From contig JBHYGA010000001.1 in NCBI GenBank assembly GCA_051859245.1, positions 640,001-704,000 of the forward strand: a stretch of DNA of 64,000 nt, in the 5' to 3' direction. Numbering within the stretch: position 1 is the first letter of the stretch; each line of letters begins with the position of its first letter. Source of the DNA: Gemmatimonadaceae bacterium (GTDB taxonomy: Bacteria > Gemmatimonadota > Gemmatimonadetes > Gemmatimonadales > Gemmatimonadaceae). Shown one piece after another: positions 50,458-59,804 of this stretch. Both the position numbers and the translations under genes were made by a program. The notes under the pieces are model-generated. The model saw only the letters and a list, made by a program, of their open reading frames with translations, was not told the DNA's origin and did not search any database.

Positions 50458-51402
50458 ATGACCCACGTAGTCCGGATTGGTACTCGCTCGTCGGCGCTGG
50501 CCATGGCGCAGGCGCATCAGGTCGCGGCGCTGCTCGCCTCGCACGGCGTGGAGTCCACGCTCACAGAGTACACCACGATTGGTGACCGCATTCTCGACCG
50601 GCCGCTCTCGGCGATTGGTGAGAAGGGGCTGTTCACGGCCGAGTTGGAGGCCGATCTGCGGGCGAACCGAACGGACTGCGCCGTGCATTCGCTCAAGGAT
50701 TTGCCCACCGCTGATCCGGACGGCCTAACCGTGGTGGCGCTGCTCGAGCGTGAAGATCCGCGTGACGCACTGGTGGTCACTCAAGGTTCGTCGGTGCGGT
50801 CGCTGGCCGACTTGCCGAACGGTGCGCGCATTGGCACATCAAGTTTGCGACGTCGTGCACAGTTGCTCGCGCTGCGGCCGGATCTTGATGTGCAGGAGTT
50901 ACGAGGCAATGTGGGCACGCGACTGCGCAAGATTGACGAAGGACAGGTGGACGCGGCGTTGCTTGCGGCCGCAGGACTCAAACGTCTCGGCCTTGCAGAT
51001 CGCATTGTGAGTTTGCTCGATCCTCCAGAGTGGCTAAGCGCACCGGGGCAGGGTGCGATCGCCATTCAGTCGCGCACCGATGACGCGCCAATGCGTGCGT
51101 TGCTGGAACAACTCGATCACGCGCCAACACGTCGCGCAATTACTGCTGAGCGTGCGTTGCTCGCCGCGCTCGAAGGTGGATGTCAGGTGCCGATCGGTGC
51201 CGCCGTCGTTCGTGATGGTGACCGCTTGATGCTGCACGCGTGCATTGCTGATCTGTCGGGGCGCACGGTACTTCGCGGGACTCATCTCGTTGATGACGCC
51301 GCACCTGCCGAAGCTGGCGTGGCATTGGCCGAGCAATTGCTCTCCGACGGCGCCGGCGAGATTCTCGATCAACTGCGCGCCACCGGCGGAGGGCGCGCAT
51401 GA
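50458..51402 (+). CDS. hemC: Hydroxymethylbilane synthase (porphobilinogen deaminase)
   Basis: [50 protein letters not shown]. Confidence 0.96.
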   Translation: MTHVVRIGTRSSALAMAQAHQVAALLASHGVESTLTEYTTIGDRILDRPLSAIGEKGLFTAELEADLRANRTDCAVHSLKDLPTADPDGLTVVALLEREDPRDALVVTQGSSVRSLADLPNGARIGTSSLRRRAQLLALRPDLDVQELRGNVGTRLRKIDEGQVDAALLAAAGLKRLGLADRIVSLLDPPEWLSAPGQGAIAIQSRTDDAPMRALLEQLDHAPTRRAITAERALLAALEGGCQVPIGAAVVRDGDRLMLHACIADLSGRTVLRGTHLVDDAAPAEAGVALAEQLLSDGAGEILDQLRATGGGRA

Positions 51403-52439
51403 GTACACCGCACATGTTTGACGGAGCGGAAGCAACCGTCGCCAATCGCGCCCCACTCGGCGGTTTCCCACGGGTACGCCCTCGCCGCCTGCGCGGTAGC
51501 GACGCCATCCGCCGGCTCGTGCGCGAAACACGACTGCACGAAGCCCAGTTCATTCTGCCGCTCTTCGTGCGACCTGGCGTTGGGCTCCGCTCGCCGATCG
51601 GCTCAATGCCTGGTGTTGCGCAAACATCAATTGACGAAATGCTGCGTGACGCAGAAGCAGCGTCGAAGGCCGGCATCGGCGGCGTCTTGCTGTTCGGCAT
51701 TCCCGACACGAAAGACGAAGTTGGTTCGAGCGGCTGGCACGAACACGGCCCGGTGCAGGAAGCGGTGCGTGCGATCAAGCGGGAGTTTCCGCAGCTGCTG
51801 ACCATCACCGATGTGTGCATGTGCGAATACACCTCGCACGGACACTGTGGTGTGCTGACCGCGACTGGTGACGTCGACAACGACGCCACGCTTGAGCTGC
51901 TCTCACGCGAAGCGTTGTCGCACGCCGAGGCGGGCGCCGACATTGTGGCGCCGAGCGACATGATGGATGGTCGCATTGGCCACATGCGTGACGCACTCGA
52001 TAGCGCGGGCTTCACGAACACGCCCATCATGAGTTACGCCGTGAAGTACGCGTCGGCGTTCTACGGTCCGTTTCGCGAAGCTGCCGAAAGCACACCCACG
52101 TTCGGTGACCGACGCAGCTATCAGATGGATCCCGCAAACGCCGCTGAAGGTATCAAGGAGGCGCGGCTCGATCTGGTGGAAGGCGCTGACATTCTGATGG
52201 TGAAACCCGCCGGCGCGTATCTCGATGTGATTCAGGCGGTAAAGCGTGACACAGGTGTGCCACTCTGCGCCTATCAGGTGAGCGGCGAGTTTGCGATGAT
52301 TCGGGCAGCCGCCGAACGCGGATGGATTGACGGTGAGCGCGCCATGATGGAATCGCTCACGGCCATCACGCGTGCCGGCGCCGATATGGTGATTACGTAC
52401 TTTGCGCTTGAAGCGGCGGCAGTGCTTCAACGCCGATAG
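51399..52439 (+). CDS. hemB: Porphobilinogen synthase (ALA dehydratase)
   Basis: [39 protein letters not shown]. Confidence 0.96.
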   Translation: MSTPHMFDGAEATVANRAPLGGFPRVRPRRLRGSDAIRRLVRETRLHEAQFILPLFVRPGVGLRSPIGSMPGVAQTSIDEMLRDAEAASKAGIGGVLLFGIPDTKDEVGSSGWHEHGPVQEAVRAIKREFPQLLTITDVCMCEYTSHGHCGVLTATGDVDNDATLELLSREALSHAEAGADIVAPSDMMDGRIGHMRDALDSAGFTNTPIMSYAVKYASAFYGPFREAAESTPTFGDRRSYQMDPANAAEGIKEARLDLVEGADILMVKPAGAYLDVIQAVKRDTGVPLCAYQVSGEFAMIRAAAERGWIDGERAMMESLTAITRAGADMVITYFALEAAAVLQRR

Positions 52440-52531
52440 GCAGGCCGTAGCGCGGCGATTCGCGTCGCGTTGCTTGTTTGGTTCGCGTTGCGTCGCTTGC
52501 GCTGCAGCGCTCACTCTGGTCAGACCATCGC

Positions 52532-53065
52532 ATGTCCAACTTGTGGCACGACATTCCGCCCGGCCCGCACGTTCCTGAGCAGGTCACGGCCGTGATCGAA
52601 ATCCCGTCGGGTAGCCGGAACAAGTATGAACTCGACAAGATCACGGGGCTGCTCAAGCTCGATCGCGTGTTGTATTCCGCGGTGCAGTATCCGGGTGACT
52701 ACGGCTTCATTCCCGGCACGCTCGCCGAAGACGGTGACCCACTTGACGTGCTGGTGCTGATTAACGAACCCACGTTCCCGGGGTGCCTGATCACGGTACG
52801 TCCGGTTGGCGTACTGATGATGAAAGACAAAGGCGACCCCGACGAAAAAATCCTCGCCGTGCCGAGCGAGGATCCGTATCACCAGGAATACTTCGATATT
52901 GCCGACTTGCCGCAGCACTATCTGAAAGAAGTGGAGCACTTCTTCAGTGTGTATAAGGATCTCGAGGGCAAGCGCGTGGAGATCGATGGCTGGCGGCAGA
53001 GTACGGTGGCCATGGCGACGATCGAGGACTGCATCAAGCGGTATGATGAGAAATATCCGCGCTGA
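52532..53065 (+). CDS. ppa: Family I inorganic pyrophosphatase
   Basis: EIPSGSRNKYE, YGFIPGTLAEDGDPLD, DEKI, HFFSVYKDLE. Confidence 0.96.
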   Translation: MSNLWHDIPPGPHVPEQVTAVIEIPSGSRNKYELDKITGLLKLDRVLYSAVQYPGDYGFIPGTLAEDGDPLDVLVLINEPTFPGCLITVRPVGVLMMKDKGDPDEKILAVPSEDPYHQEYFDIADLPQHYLKEVEHFFSVYKDLEGKRVEIDGWRQSTVAMATIEDCIKRYDEKYPR

Positions 53066-53084
53066 TTGGTGTGACCGCGAGTTT

Positions 53085-53245
53085 GTAAACTGCCTGGAAC
53101 GCAGAGGCGCAGAGGCGCGGAGACAGCATGTTGATTAAAGGTAGAGTCAAAGCGTCTACAAATTGATTAACGTGAATCTTGAGACGTCATTGAAATCATG
53201 GTGCAGTCTCCGCGCCTCTGCGCCTCTGCGTTCCAGGCTGTTTAC
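53085..53245. repeat. Long inverted-repeat element (40-bp arms containing CGCAGAGG octamers, AT-rich spacer)
   Basis: 53085-53124 GTAAACTGCCTGGAACGCAGAGGCGCAGAGGCGCGGAGAC versus the reverse complement of 53206-53245: one mismatch. Confidence 0.9.
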
Positions 53246-53272
53246 GATATCGCCACCGCACGAATCTCTTGG

Positions 53273-54514
53273 CTACGCGCGCCGCAACACCAGACTCGCG
53301 TTAATCCCACCAAACCCAAACGAGTTACTCAGCACCACATCGGGCGTCGCATCCCGCCCGCGCTGCGGCACATAGTCGAGATCGCACGCGGCATCCGGCG
53401 TCTCGAGATTCAACGTGGGCGGTATCCACTTTCGGTCAAGCGCCAGCGCACTGATCGCCGCCTCGATCGCACCGGACGCACCGAGTGCGTGCCCGTAGTA
53501 CCCCTTGGTGCTCGACACCGGAATACGCATGGCCTGCGCGCCGAGCGCGCGCTTGATCGCCAGCGTTTCCGTGGGATCATTGAGCGGTGTCGCGCTGCCG
53601 TGCGCGTTCACATAACTCACATCGTTCGGCGAAACATCCGCGTCGGCCAACGCGAGCGTAATGCACCGCGCCGCCTGCGTCCCATCGGGAAGCGGCGCCG
53701 TCATGTGGTGTGCGTCGTTTGTGGTGCCGTACCCCGCGAGCTCCGCGTAAATGTGTGCACCGCGCGCCACCGCATGATCCCACTCTTCAAGCACAAGCAC
53801 CGACGCGCCTTCACCCATGACGAAGCCGTCGCGATCTGTATCGAACGGACGTGACGCGCGTTCCGGTTCATCGTTGCGTGTGCTCATGGCACGAATCAGC
53901 GCGAACGCACCAAAACACAGTGTGGCCAGTGGAGCCTCCGCGCCGCCCGCGAGCATGACGTCTACCTCGCCATCACGTACGCGTCGAAACGCTTCACCAA
54001 TGGCGATCGTACCAGACGCGCAGCTCATGGCGTTGGTGGAGTTTGGCCCCGTAATGCCAAACTCAATCGCAATGTTGCAGCTCGATGCGCCGCCAAACAC
54101 GGCCAATGCGAGTGTTGCGTCAACGGCACGCAAACCGCCTTGCATGAATCGACCCGCTTGCTCTTCGGCGTATCCCACGCCGCCGAGTGCAGTGCCCATC
54201 ATCGTGCCAACACGATCGCGGTCGACGTGGTCTAGCTCGAGCTGCGCGTCTTTCAGCGCGAGCATTGCCGACACCACGCTGAAGGCACCAAATCGATCCA
54301 GTCGCTTGACGCGTTTTTCGTCGAGATAGTGCGTCGCGTCAAACTCAACCGATGCATTACAGCGACTGCGAAAGATCGACGCGTCAAAACGCGTGATCGC
54401 CGTGACCGCGCTGCGTTCCGCGCGCAGTCCTTCCCACAGGGCATCCACTCCCGTGCCGATGGGCGTAACACAACCAATGCCAGTGATCGCCACGCGTCGA
54501 CGCACGCGACTCAT
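53273..54514 (-). CDS. FabF-like beta-ketoacyl synthase (KAS II / KS-alpha-like)
   Basis: VAITGIG, AMSCASG (Cys), SRPFD.DRDGFVMGEG, NAHGSAT and GHALGASG (His-His), SNSFGFGG. Confidence 0.9.
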   Translation of the reverse strand: MSRVRRRVAITGIGCVTPIGTGVDALWEGLRAERSAVTAITRFDASIFRSRCNASVEFDATHYLDEKRVKRLDRFGAFSVVSAMLALKDAQLELDHVDRDRVGTMMGTALGGVGYAEEQAGRFMQGGLRAVDATLALAVFGGASSCNIAIEFGITGPNSTNAMSCASGTIAIGEAFRRVRDGEVDVMLAGGAEAPLATLCFGAFALIRAMSTRNDEPERASRPFDTDRDGFVMGEGASVLVLEEWDHAVARGAHIYAELAGYGTTNDAHHMTAPLPDGTQAARCITLALADADVSPNDVSYVNAHGSATPLNDPTETLAIKRALGAQAMRIPVSSTKGYYGHALGASGAIEAAISALALDRKWIPPTLNLETPDAACDLDYVPQRGRDATPDVVLSNSFGFGGINASLVLRRA

Positions 54515-55155
54515 GTGGACGATCCGTCGCGATGCGAAGCTGTTTCGCGTGACGTCACACGTGTTGCGTCAACCGGCGCGACAACCCGCGCGTCGCGCGT
54601 GGTCACAGCGCGCGTCTCACCGCGCTCAGCGGCCTTGGCCAATCCCGCCAGAGTGCGCGACGCAATGCCGTGCACAAACACCGGCCCAATCACTGCAGTG
54701 GCCGCAAACGGCCCGATCAATGGCCAGTGCGGACCATCCCACGTATGCAAAATGCGCACGTGCGTGCCCTCGGCGACTGCCTTGAACTCCCAGGCCACAT
54801 CCATGCGCGTCGTGACGCCGCCAATGTGACGAAAGCGAATGAGCGGTGTGTCGTGATCCACCGACATTTCAGACAACCACCACGTGGGCCAACCCACCGG
54901 GCCAAACGGGCGATTCGCGCTCATCTCCACGATGCCACCGCCGTCACTCGCGTGCTCGCGAAACCGAACGAATCGATAGTGCGGCAAGTACGCGGGCCAG
55001 TGCTCAACCTTTCGAGCGATCTCAAAGATCTGCGCGACCGGCGCACGAACAATGCGTTCGTCGATGGTGATCAGGCGCCGAGCCATCGGCACGGGGCCAA
55101 GGTCGAACGGTGTGCGCATGGATTGGGCGGACGAAGCGTGAGCGTGCGATTGCAT
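54511..55155 (-). CDS. SRPBCC/START-fold protein (polyketide cyclase/dehydrase family)
   Basis: RIVRAPVAQIFEIARKVEHWPAYLPHY and M...W.F....GTHVRILH pattern. Start is 55155 or 55119. Confidence 0.75.
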   Translation of the reverse strand: MQSHAHASSAQSMRTPFDLGPVPMARRLITIDERIVRAPVAQIFEIARKVEHWPAYLPHYRFVRFREHASDGGGIVEMSANRPFGPVGWPTWWLSEMSVDHDTPLIRFRHIGGVTTRMDVAWEFKAVAEGTHVRILHTWDGPHWPLIGPFAATAVIGPVFVHGIASRTLAGLAKAAERGETRAVTTRDARVVAPVDATRVTSRETASHRDGSST

Positions 55156-55160
55156 GAATG

Positions 55161-55856
55161 TTAGCGCGGGGACCAACTGGCGGTGACGCGCCAACCAAGG
55201 CGATGTCGTACGGTGGCCGAACGCTGCACCGCCTGCTGCACAATGGTGCGCAGCTCGGAGGCGGTGTACCCGCGAAAGATGGACACGATCCCGTCGTGTC
55301 GGCTCACGGGATGAAAGCCCAGCGGAAACGACACCAGCCACAACAGCCCCGCGGCCAGCCAACTGCGGCGAAGATCACTGACAATCACCGCACTTCCCGC
55401 AACACGCGTGAGCTCCGTGAGCAGCGCATCTGCGTCGGAGTGTTCAAAATGATGCAGCACCTGCGAACAGGTCACGATATCAATGCTGCCCGAGGCAAAA
55501 GGCAGGGCTCGTGCATCGGCCGTGAGTGCGCGATCCGCCCCCTGTCGTGCCGCGGAAGCGAGCGCGGCGGTGAGCTCCACGCCAATCGTGACCATGGTGA
55601 CACCACGTTTGCGCGCAAACGCTCGCGCAGCGCGCGGAATATCACCGAGGCCGGTGCCAACATCGAGCAATATGAGCGGGCGCTGTTCGCGCTGCGCACG
55701 TTCGACAAGCGGTGCCAGCGTAGCGATCACCGCACGTACGCCACCAAACAGCAGATTGGCTCGCGCCACATCGCGCAATGATCGCGTGGCAAGGGCCGGA
55801 TCGAGCGCGGGATCGTCGAGCAACTCCACGCCGCGACGACGCGCTGGAGTCAGCAT
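55161..55856 (-). CDS. Class I SAM-dependent methyltransferase
   Basis: ELLDDP N-terminal motif, LLDVGTGLGD motif I, SQVLHHF, SDLRRS, SRHDG.VS. Confidence 0.88.
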   Translation of the reverse strand: MLTPARRRGVELLDDPALDPALATRSLRDVARANLLFGGVRAVIATLAPLVERAQREQRPLILLDVGTGLGDIPRAARAFARKRGVTMVTIGVELTAALASAARQGADRALTADARALPFASGSIDIVTCSQVLHHFEHSDADALLTELTRVAGSAVIVSDLRRSWLAAGLLWLVSFPLGFHPVSRHDGIVSIFRGYTASELRTIVQQAVQRSATVRHRLGWRVTASWSPR

Positions 55857-55876
55857 GCGCGCGCCGCGATCACGAA

Positions 55877-56380
55877 CTAGCGCGCGAGCCGAGCGTACGC
55901 GCCTCGGAAATACAACAATGGATCGCCGTCTTCATAGCGTACCGATTGTACCGCGCCCACCACAATGCGATGATCGCCGCCTTCGTGTATTGCGGTAATA
56001 CGGCATTCCAGCAACGCGAGCACACCCTCGAGCTGAATCAGGCCGTTCTCGCCGCGTGTGAATGCGGCTTCGGTAAATCGACCGGCGCGATCGGTGGCGA
56101 ATCGGCGCGACACGGCTTCCTGATCGTCGCGCAAAATGTGCACGTTGAAGTCGGTGGCCTGCGGCAGCACGCTGTGCCACGTGGCCGATTGATCGATGCA
56201 CACCAGCACGAGCGGTGGATCAAGGCTGAGCGAGCTGAACGCGCTCACGGTCATGCCGTAGTCACGCCCTTCGGTGTCACGTGAGGTCACCACGGTGACG
56301 CCCGACGCAAATCGGCTGAGCGTGGAACGGAACTGTGCGGCGTCAACGAGCGCGTTGACGGGAGTCATTGCAGGAGTCAT
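55877..56380 (-). CDS. Flavin reductase-like protein (HpaC/RutF family)
   Basis: FASGVTVVT, TVSAFSSLSLDPPLV, GGDHRIVVG, PLLYFRG; ATGA-coupled to the upstream gene. Confidence 0.9.
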   Translation of the reverse strand: MTPAMTPVNALVDAAQFRSTLSRFASGVTVVTSRDTEGRDYGMTVSAFSSLSLDPPLVLVCIDQSATWHSVLPQATDFNVHILRDDQEAVSRRFATDRAGRFTEAAFTRGENGLIQLEGVLALLECRITAIHEGGDHRIVVGAVQSVRYEDGDPLLYFRGAYARLAR

Positions 56381-57615
56381 GTACGGACAGGAGGAACGAG
56401 CATGCGCCACAGTACACCTGGGCGCAACACTTCACGGGCCGGCACAAAGTCGCCGGTTACACCAATGAGCAGATCAGCGAGTTCAGTGCGGCGCGACATT
56501 ACACGCGCCGCGTGATTCATGAGCCGCGGAAATGACACCGCAAGGCCGATCAGCTGCTCAACACGCCACTTTCCCGAGAACGCACGCACACGCGCTTGCT
56601 GATACGCGCGCAGTGCATGCAGGGACGCCCGCGCGCTGGTCGCACGCACGGCGTCAGCAGCGAACGGCGCCAGCATTTCTCCGCCGCGCAGCGCTGAATA
56701 AATGCCTTCACCTGTGAACGGATCAAAAAAGTCCGCGGCGTCGCCAACGAGCGCAGCGTCTGGTGCATACGCGCGCCGTGCGTGCGAGCCAAACGGTCCG
56801 GTTGCACGCACCGGTGATACACGCGTGGCGCCCTCAAAGCGCGACGCGAGGTGCGGATACTGCGCGATCCATCGCTGCACAAACGCGTCGGGATCGCCGT
56901 TCATGTTGCGCGCCTGCGACGCCGGTACCACCAACGCCACATTCGTCAGACCGTGACCAACGTCGGCCAAGCCCACGTACCCGTCGTGCTGCACGTGCAT
57001 TTCGCCGCGCGATCCGATGTTGCGCAAACCGGACCAGTGCGCCACCAGCGCCAAACGACGTGGCCACGCTCGCCGACGTGCCAAACCGAGGTCGCGTGCG
57101 ACCACCGATCGCAGTCCGTCGGCACCGATCAACAGCGCGGTGCGAATCGTGTGCAGCGAATCGTTTTGCCGAACGACCACATCGTATCCACGATCACGTC
57201 GTGTGATTCGCTCCACGCGCGCGCTTTCGTGAACACTCGTTCCCGCGGCGCGCGCGCGATTGAGCAGCAGTTCATCAAGGACTTCGCGGCGCAGCGCCAA
57301 CCCACGATCCCGAAAGCCGCGAAAACCGTGCTCGGCCACAAACGCACCTTCAATTTCAAATCCGTTCGGCGCGCGCACGACCATGCCAGTGAGTTGCGCC
57401 GCGCCCGCGGCTTCGACGAGCTGCAGCGCACCCATGGCTTCGAGCACGCGCGACGCTTCTGGACTCAGGTATTCCGCGCACGGTTTGGCGCGCGGAAAGG
57501 TGGCGCGATCCAGCACGGTCACATCGATCCCCGCCGAGGACAGGAAATGCGCCGTTGACGACCCCGCGGGGCCGCCTCCAACGATCAAGACCTGCGTGGT
57601 GTTCGGCAGCGACAT
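56377..57615 (-). CDS. FAD-dependent oxidoreductase (geranylgeranyl reductase/monooxygenase family)
   Basis: IVGGGPAG, FPRAKPCAE, IGADG..S.V, VGDAADFFDPFTGEGI. Confidence 0.9.
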   Translation of the reverse strand: MSLPNTTQVLIVGGGPAGSSTAHFLSSAGIDVTVLDRATFPRAKPCAEYLSPEASRVLEAMGALQLVEAAGAAQLTGMVVRAPNGFEIEGAFVAEHGFRGFRDRGLALRREVLDELLLNRARAAGTSVHESARVERITRRDRGYDVVVRQNDSLHTIRTALLIGADGLRSVVARDLGLARRRAWPRRLALVAHWSGLRNIGSRGEMHVQHDGYVGLADVGHGLTNVALVVPASQARNMNGDPDAFVQRWIAQYPHLASRFEGATRVSPVRATGPFGSHARRAYAPDAALVGDAADFFDPFTGEGIYSALRGGEMLAPFAADAVRATSARASLHALRAYQQARVRAFSGKWRVEQLIGLAVSFPRLMNHAARVMSRRTELADLLIGVTGDFVPAREVLRPGVLWRMLVPPVRT

Positions 57616-57788
57616 CAGGATTCGCGTTCGGGGAAATCGTCAATCGGCGCGCTCAGCGTCGCATACCTGATACCCCGGAAGCGACAACCATTGCCCATTC
57701 ATGGCTAAGGAGGAGTCTCGCGCGCGGGTTCCCAGGCCGCAACTGTGCTCGTGCGGCCATACCCCCCTTCGCATGTCAATCGAACGAG

Positions 57789-58592
57789 CTATAACGTGAG
57801 TCCGAGCGCCAGCAATGCGCCGGCGAATGTTGCGGCCAGATTGACAAGATCATTGTCAATCGCGGAGCGACCGCCCACGAGCCTGGTTGATGTGCCGCAG
57901 AGATGCACGTGTTGCTCGGTGCCGGCGTGGCACACGTCGCACCACCGTCGCTCTTGCCACCACGCGCCAATGAGCGAGTCCACGATCGCGCCGCCCACGC
58001 CGCCGGCAAGTACGGCTGGTACCGCGTGTTCTGGGATTAGGCCGAGCCCAAAGGCGAGCAGCGCGTACGCGAGTGCGCCCACTACCATGGCCAGCGATCC
58101 CCACACGCTGATCGCGCCCGACGTCCCTGCGGGCACCCACTGACCAGTGCGCAGCGACCACGCCTCCGCCTTGCGCCAGGTGCCAAACTCCGTGGCCCAT
58201 GTGTCGGCGCCAGCGGCGGCTAACGCCCCCGCCGCAGCGATTGCCAGCGCGATCGCCGCGCTCGGTTCAACGGCAAGGATCGCCACGAGCGCGCAGCCGG
58301 CGAAGACCAGACCATTCGCCAGCACCTGTCGTGCGTCACGAGCACCGGGTTTGGCAACCACGCCGAGCACGTGTCGTTCTTTCCGACCACGGCCAACGCG
58401 CGACAGCAGCGACGCGGACACAAACCACGCAATGAGAAATGCGCCCCAGTCGGGGCCTGCGGCAACCGCTGCGATGCCAACACAGAGTGCCGCGAGGGCA
58501 CCGGATGCGGTCAGGGATCCCGCTCGCCAGGCAAGGGCACTGATCACCCCTGCAATGCTTGTCGCCGCCGCGAGTGTGATCAGCGTCGGCAT
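57789..58592 (-). CDS. DUF92 (TMEM19/VTE6-like) membrane protein
   Basis: RDARQVLANG, ADTWATEFG, GTSGAIS..G, DSLIGA, NDLVN. Confidence 0.9.
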   Translation of the reverse strand: MPTLITLAAATSIAGVISALAWRAGSLTASGALAALCVGIAAVAAGPDWGAFLIAWFVSASLLSRVGRGRKERHVLGVVAKPGARDARQVLANGLVFAGCALVAILAVEPSAAIALAIAAAGALAAAGADTWATEFGTWRKAEAWSLRTGQWVPAGTSGAISVWGSLAMVVGALAYALLAFGLGLIPEHAVPAVLAGGVGGAIVDSLIGAWWQERRWCDVCHAGTEQHVHLCGTSTRLVGGRSAIDNDLVNLAATFAGALLALGLTL

Positions 58593-58610
58593 AAACAACG
58601 AAAGCCGCGC

Positions 58611-58904
58611 TTAGTCGTGACTGTGGTCGTGCTCCGCGAACAACTGCGCGACACGCAGCCGCAGGCGACGCGAGGCCATGACCGACAACTGAGAATGTCT
58701 GATGGTTTCAATCAGGCGGCGGAGCGACTGTTCGGCTCGGCGGCAATCGGCGCATTCCACAAGGTGGAGCCGAACGCGCGATGTTTCTGCTTCGGTTGAC
58801 TCGCCATCGACATACGCATCCAGACAATCGAGAACCGCGAGGCACTCCGGGGATACAGCCTCGGATGCTGCGTGTCGTTCGGTTTGAATGGAAAGCGATG
58901 CCAT
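58611..58904 (-). CDS. zf-HC2 (ZAS) anti-sigma-factor-like protein
   Basis: C...L.AYVDGE....HLVECADC (HxxxCxxC); soluble, ~97 aa. Confidence 0.75.
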   Translation of the reverse strand: MASLSIQTERHAASEAVSPECLAVLDCLDAYVDGESTEAETSRVRLHLVECADCRRAEQSLRRLIETIRHSQLSVMASRRLRLRVAQLFAEHDHSHD

Positions 58905-58994
58905 ATCTTCAATCCTTTGGCGGGCCGCGGATGCACGCATCAGCCGTTCGACGGGGATTCGACGGCCAGCGCAATGCAATGTCTCAACATAACG

Positions 58995-59019
58995 AACGGC
59001 ACCCGCCGAGAAAGGTTCC
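58995..59019 (-). promoter_or_regulatory. Putative ECF sigma promoter
   Basis: Minus strand GGAAC-N16-CGTT, ~90 nt upstream of the anti-sigma gene. Confidence 0.5.
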
Positions 59020-59120
59020 ACGCCGGTGGGCGATGCGGCGCGGGCGCTCGCTACGGAGACGTGCCGTTCCGTGATGGGCACTGCCTGTTCCACCCCCGCT
59101 CGCGTCACTACTTTGCTGTG

Positions 59121-59804
59121 GTGACCCACACGTTTCCCGACCTGACACAGCGCTTCACGCCGCCCCTCGGCGTCACCGTACTTTCACTCAGCGGACCGCC
59201 CGTACACGCGGTCGTGCCGCTGTCGCTGCTTGAAGCGGTGCGCGCGCTTGATCTGCCGGCCGCAGATCTCGACACCGAACTGGTGCACGAGCTGCGCAAT
59301 AAGCGCTTCGGGTTGAGCGACACGGTGTACATGCAGATCAAGCGGTACGCTGAAGCGGTCAAGCGACAGCAGCCCGTCGCGTTCGATGAAGTCGTCGCAC
59401 TCGCCCGTCTCGTTGGACGGCGACCCGATGCGGACATTGTGTTTCGCGAGACCGGTCGACGTGTTGCGCGTACCGCACTCGACACGGTCGCCTCGACCAC
59501 GCGTCGTGCTGCCCGCTCGCTGCCAGGGGCGATTGCGCGCCCAATCGCTCTGCGGCATTTGCGCGCGCTGTCGCGACGCTTTCTGGCGGGATCCATTGAG
59601 CGCCAAGGGAGTACGTTGGTGCTGAATGTGGTCGCGCCCATCAGCGCTGACGCCGCCGCCAACGGTGGTGGGTGCGGCTACTACGAAGCAGCGTTTCGTG
59701 AACTGCTGCTCGGACTCACTGGCGTTGATCACGCCATTCAAGTGGTCGCGTGCCGTTCGCGTGGCGACGCATCCTGCCAATGGCGCACTGACTGGAGACG
59801 ATAG
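59121..59804 (+). CDS. Hypothetical protein with V4R-like C-terminal domain
   Basis: C.YYEAAFRELL...ACRSRGDASCQW resembles the V4R Cys pattern. Start uncertain. Confidence 0.6.
   Translation: MTHTFPDLTQRFTPPLGVTVLSLSGPPVHAVVPLSLLEAVRALDLPAADLDTELVHELRNKRFGLSDTVYMQIKRYAEAVKRQQPVAFDEVVALARLVGRRPDADIVFRETGRRVARTALDTVASTTRRAARSLPGAIARPIALRHLRALSRRFLAGSIERQGSTLVLNVVAPISADAAANGGGCGYYEAAFRELLLGLTGVDHAIQVVACRSRGDASCQWRTDWRR

Noticed and set aside
53163..53375. 70-aa ORF across the inverted repeat as a nuclease gene remnant
   Set aside because: Only a vague LIN resemblance; mostly the translated repeat arm and antisense of the KS gene.
57616..57788. Possible leader peptide or acyl carrier protein between DUF92 and the oxidoreductase
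   Set aside because: Only a ~20-codon ORF and one hairpin; no DSL phosphopantetheine motif and too short for an ACP.
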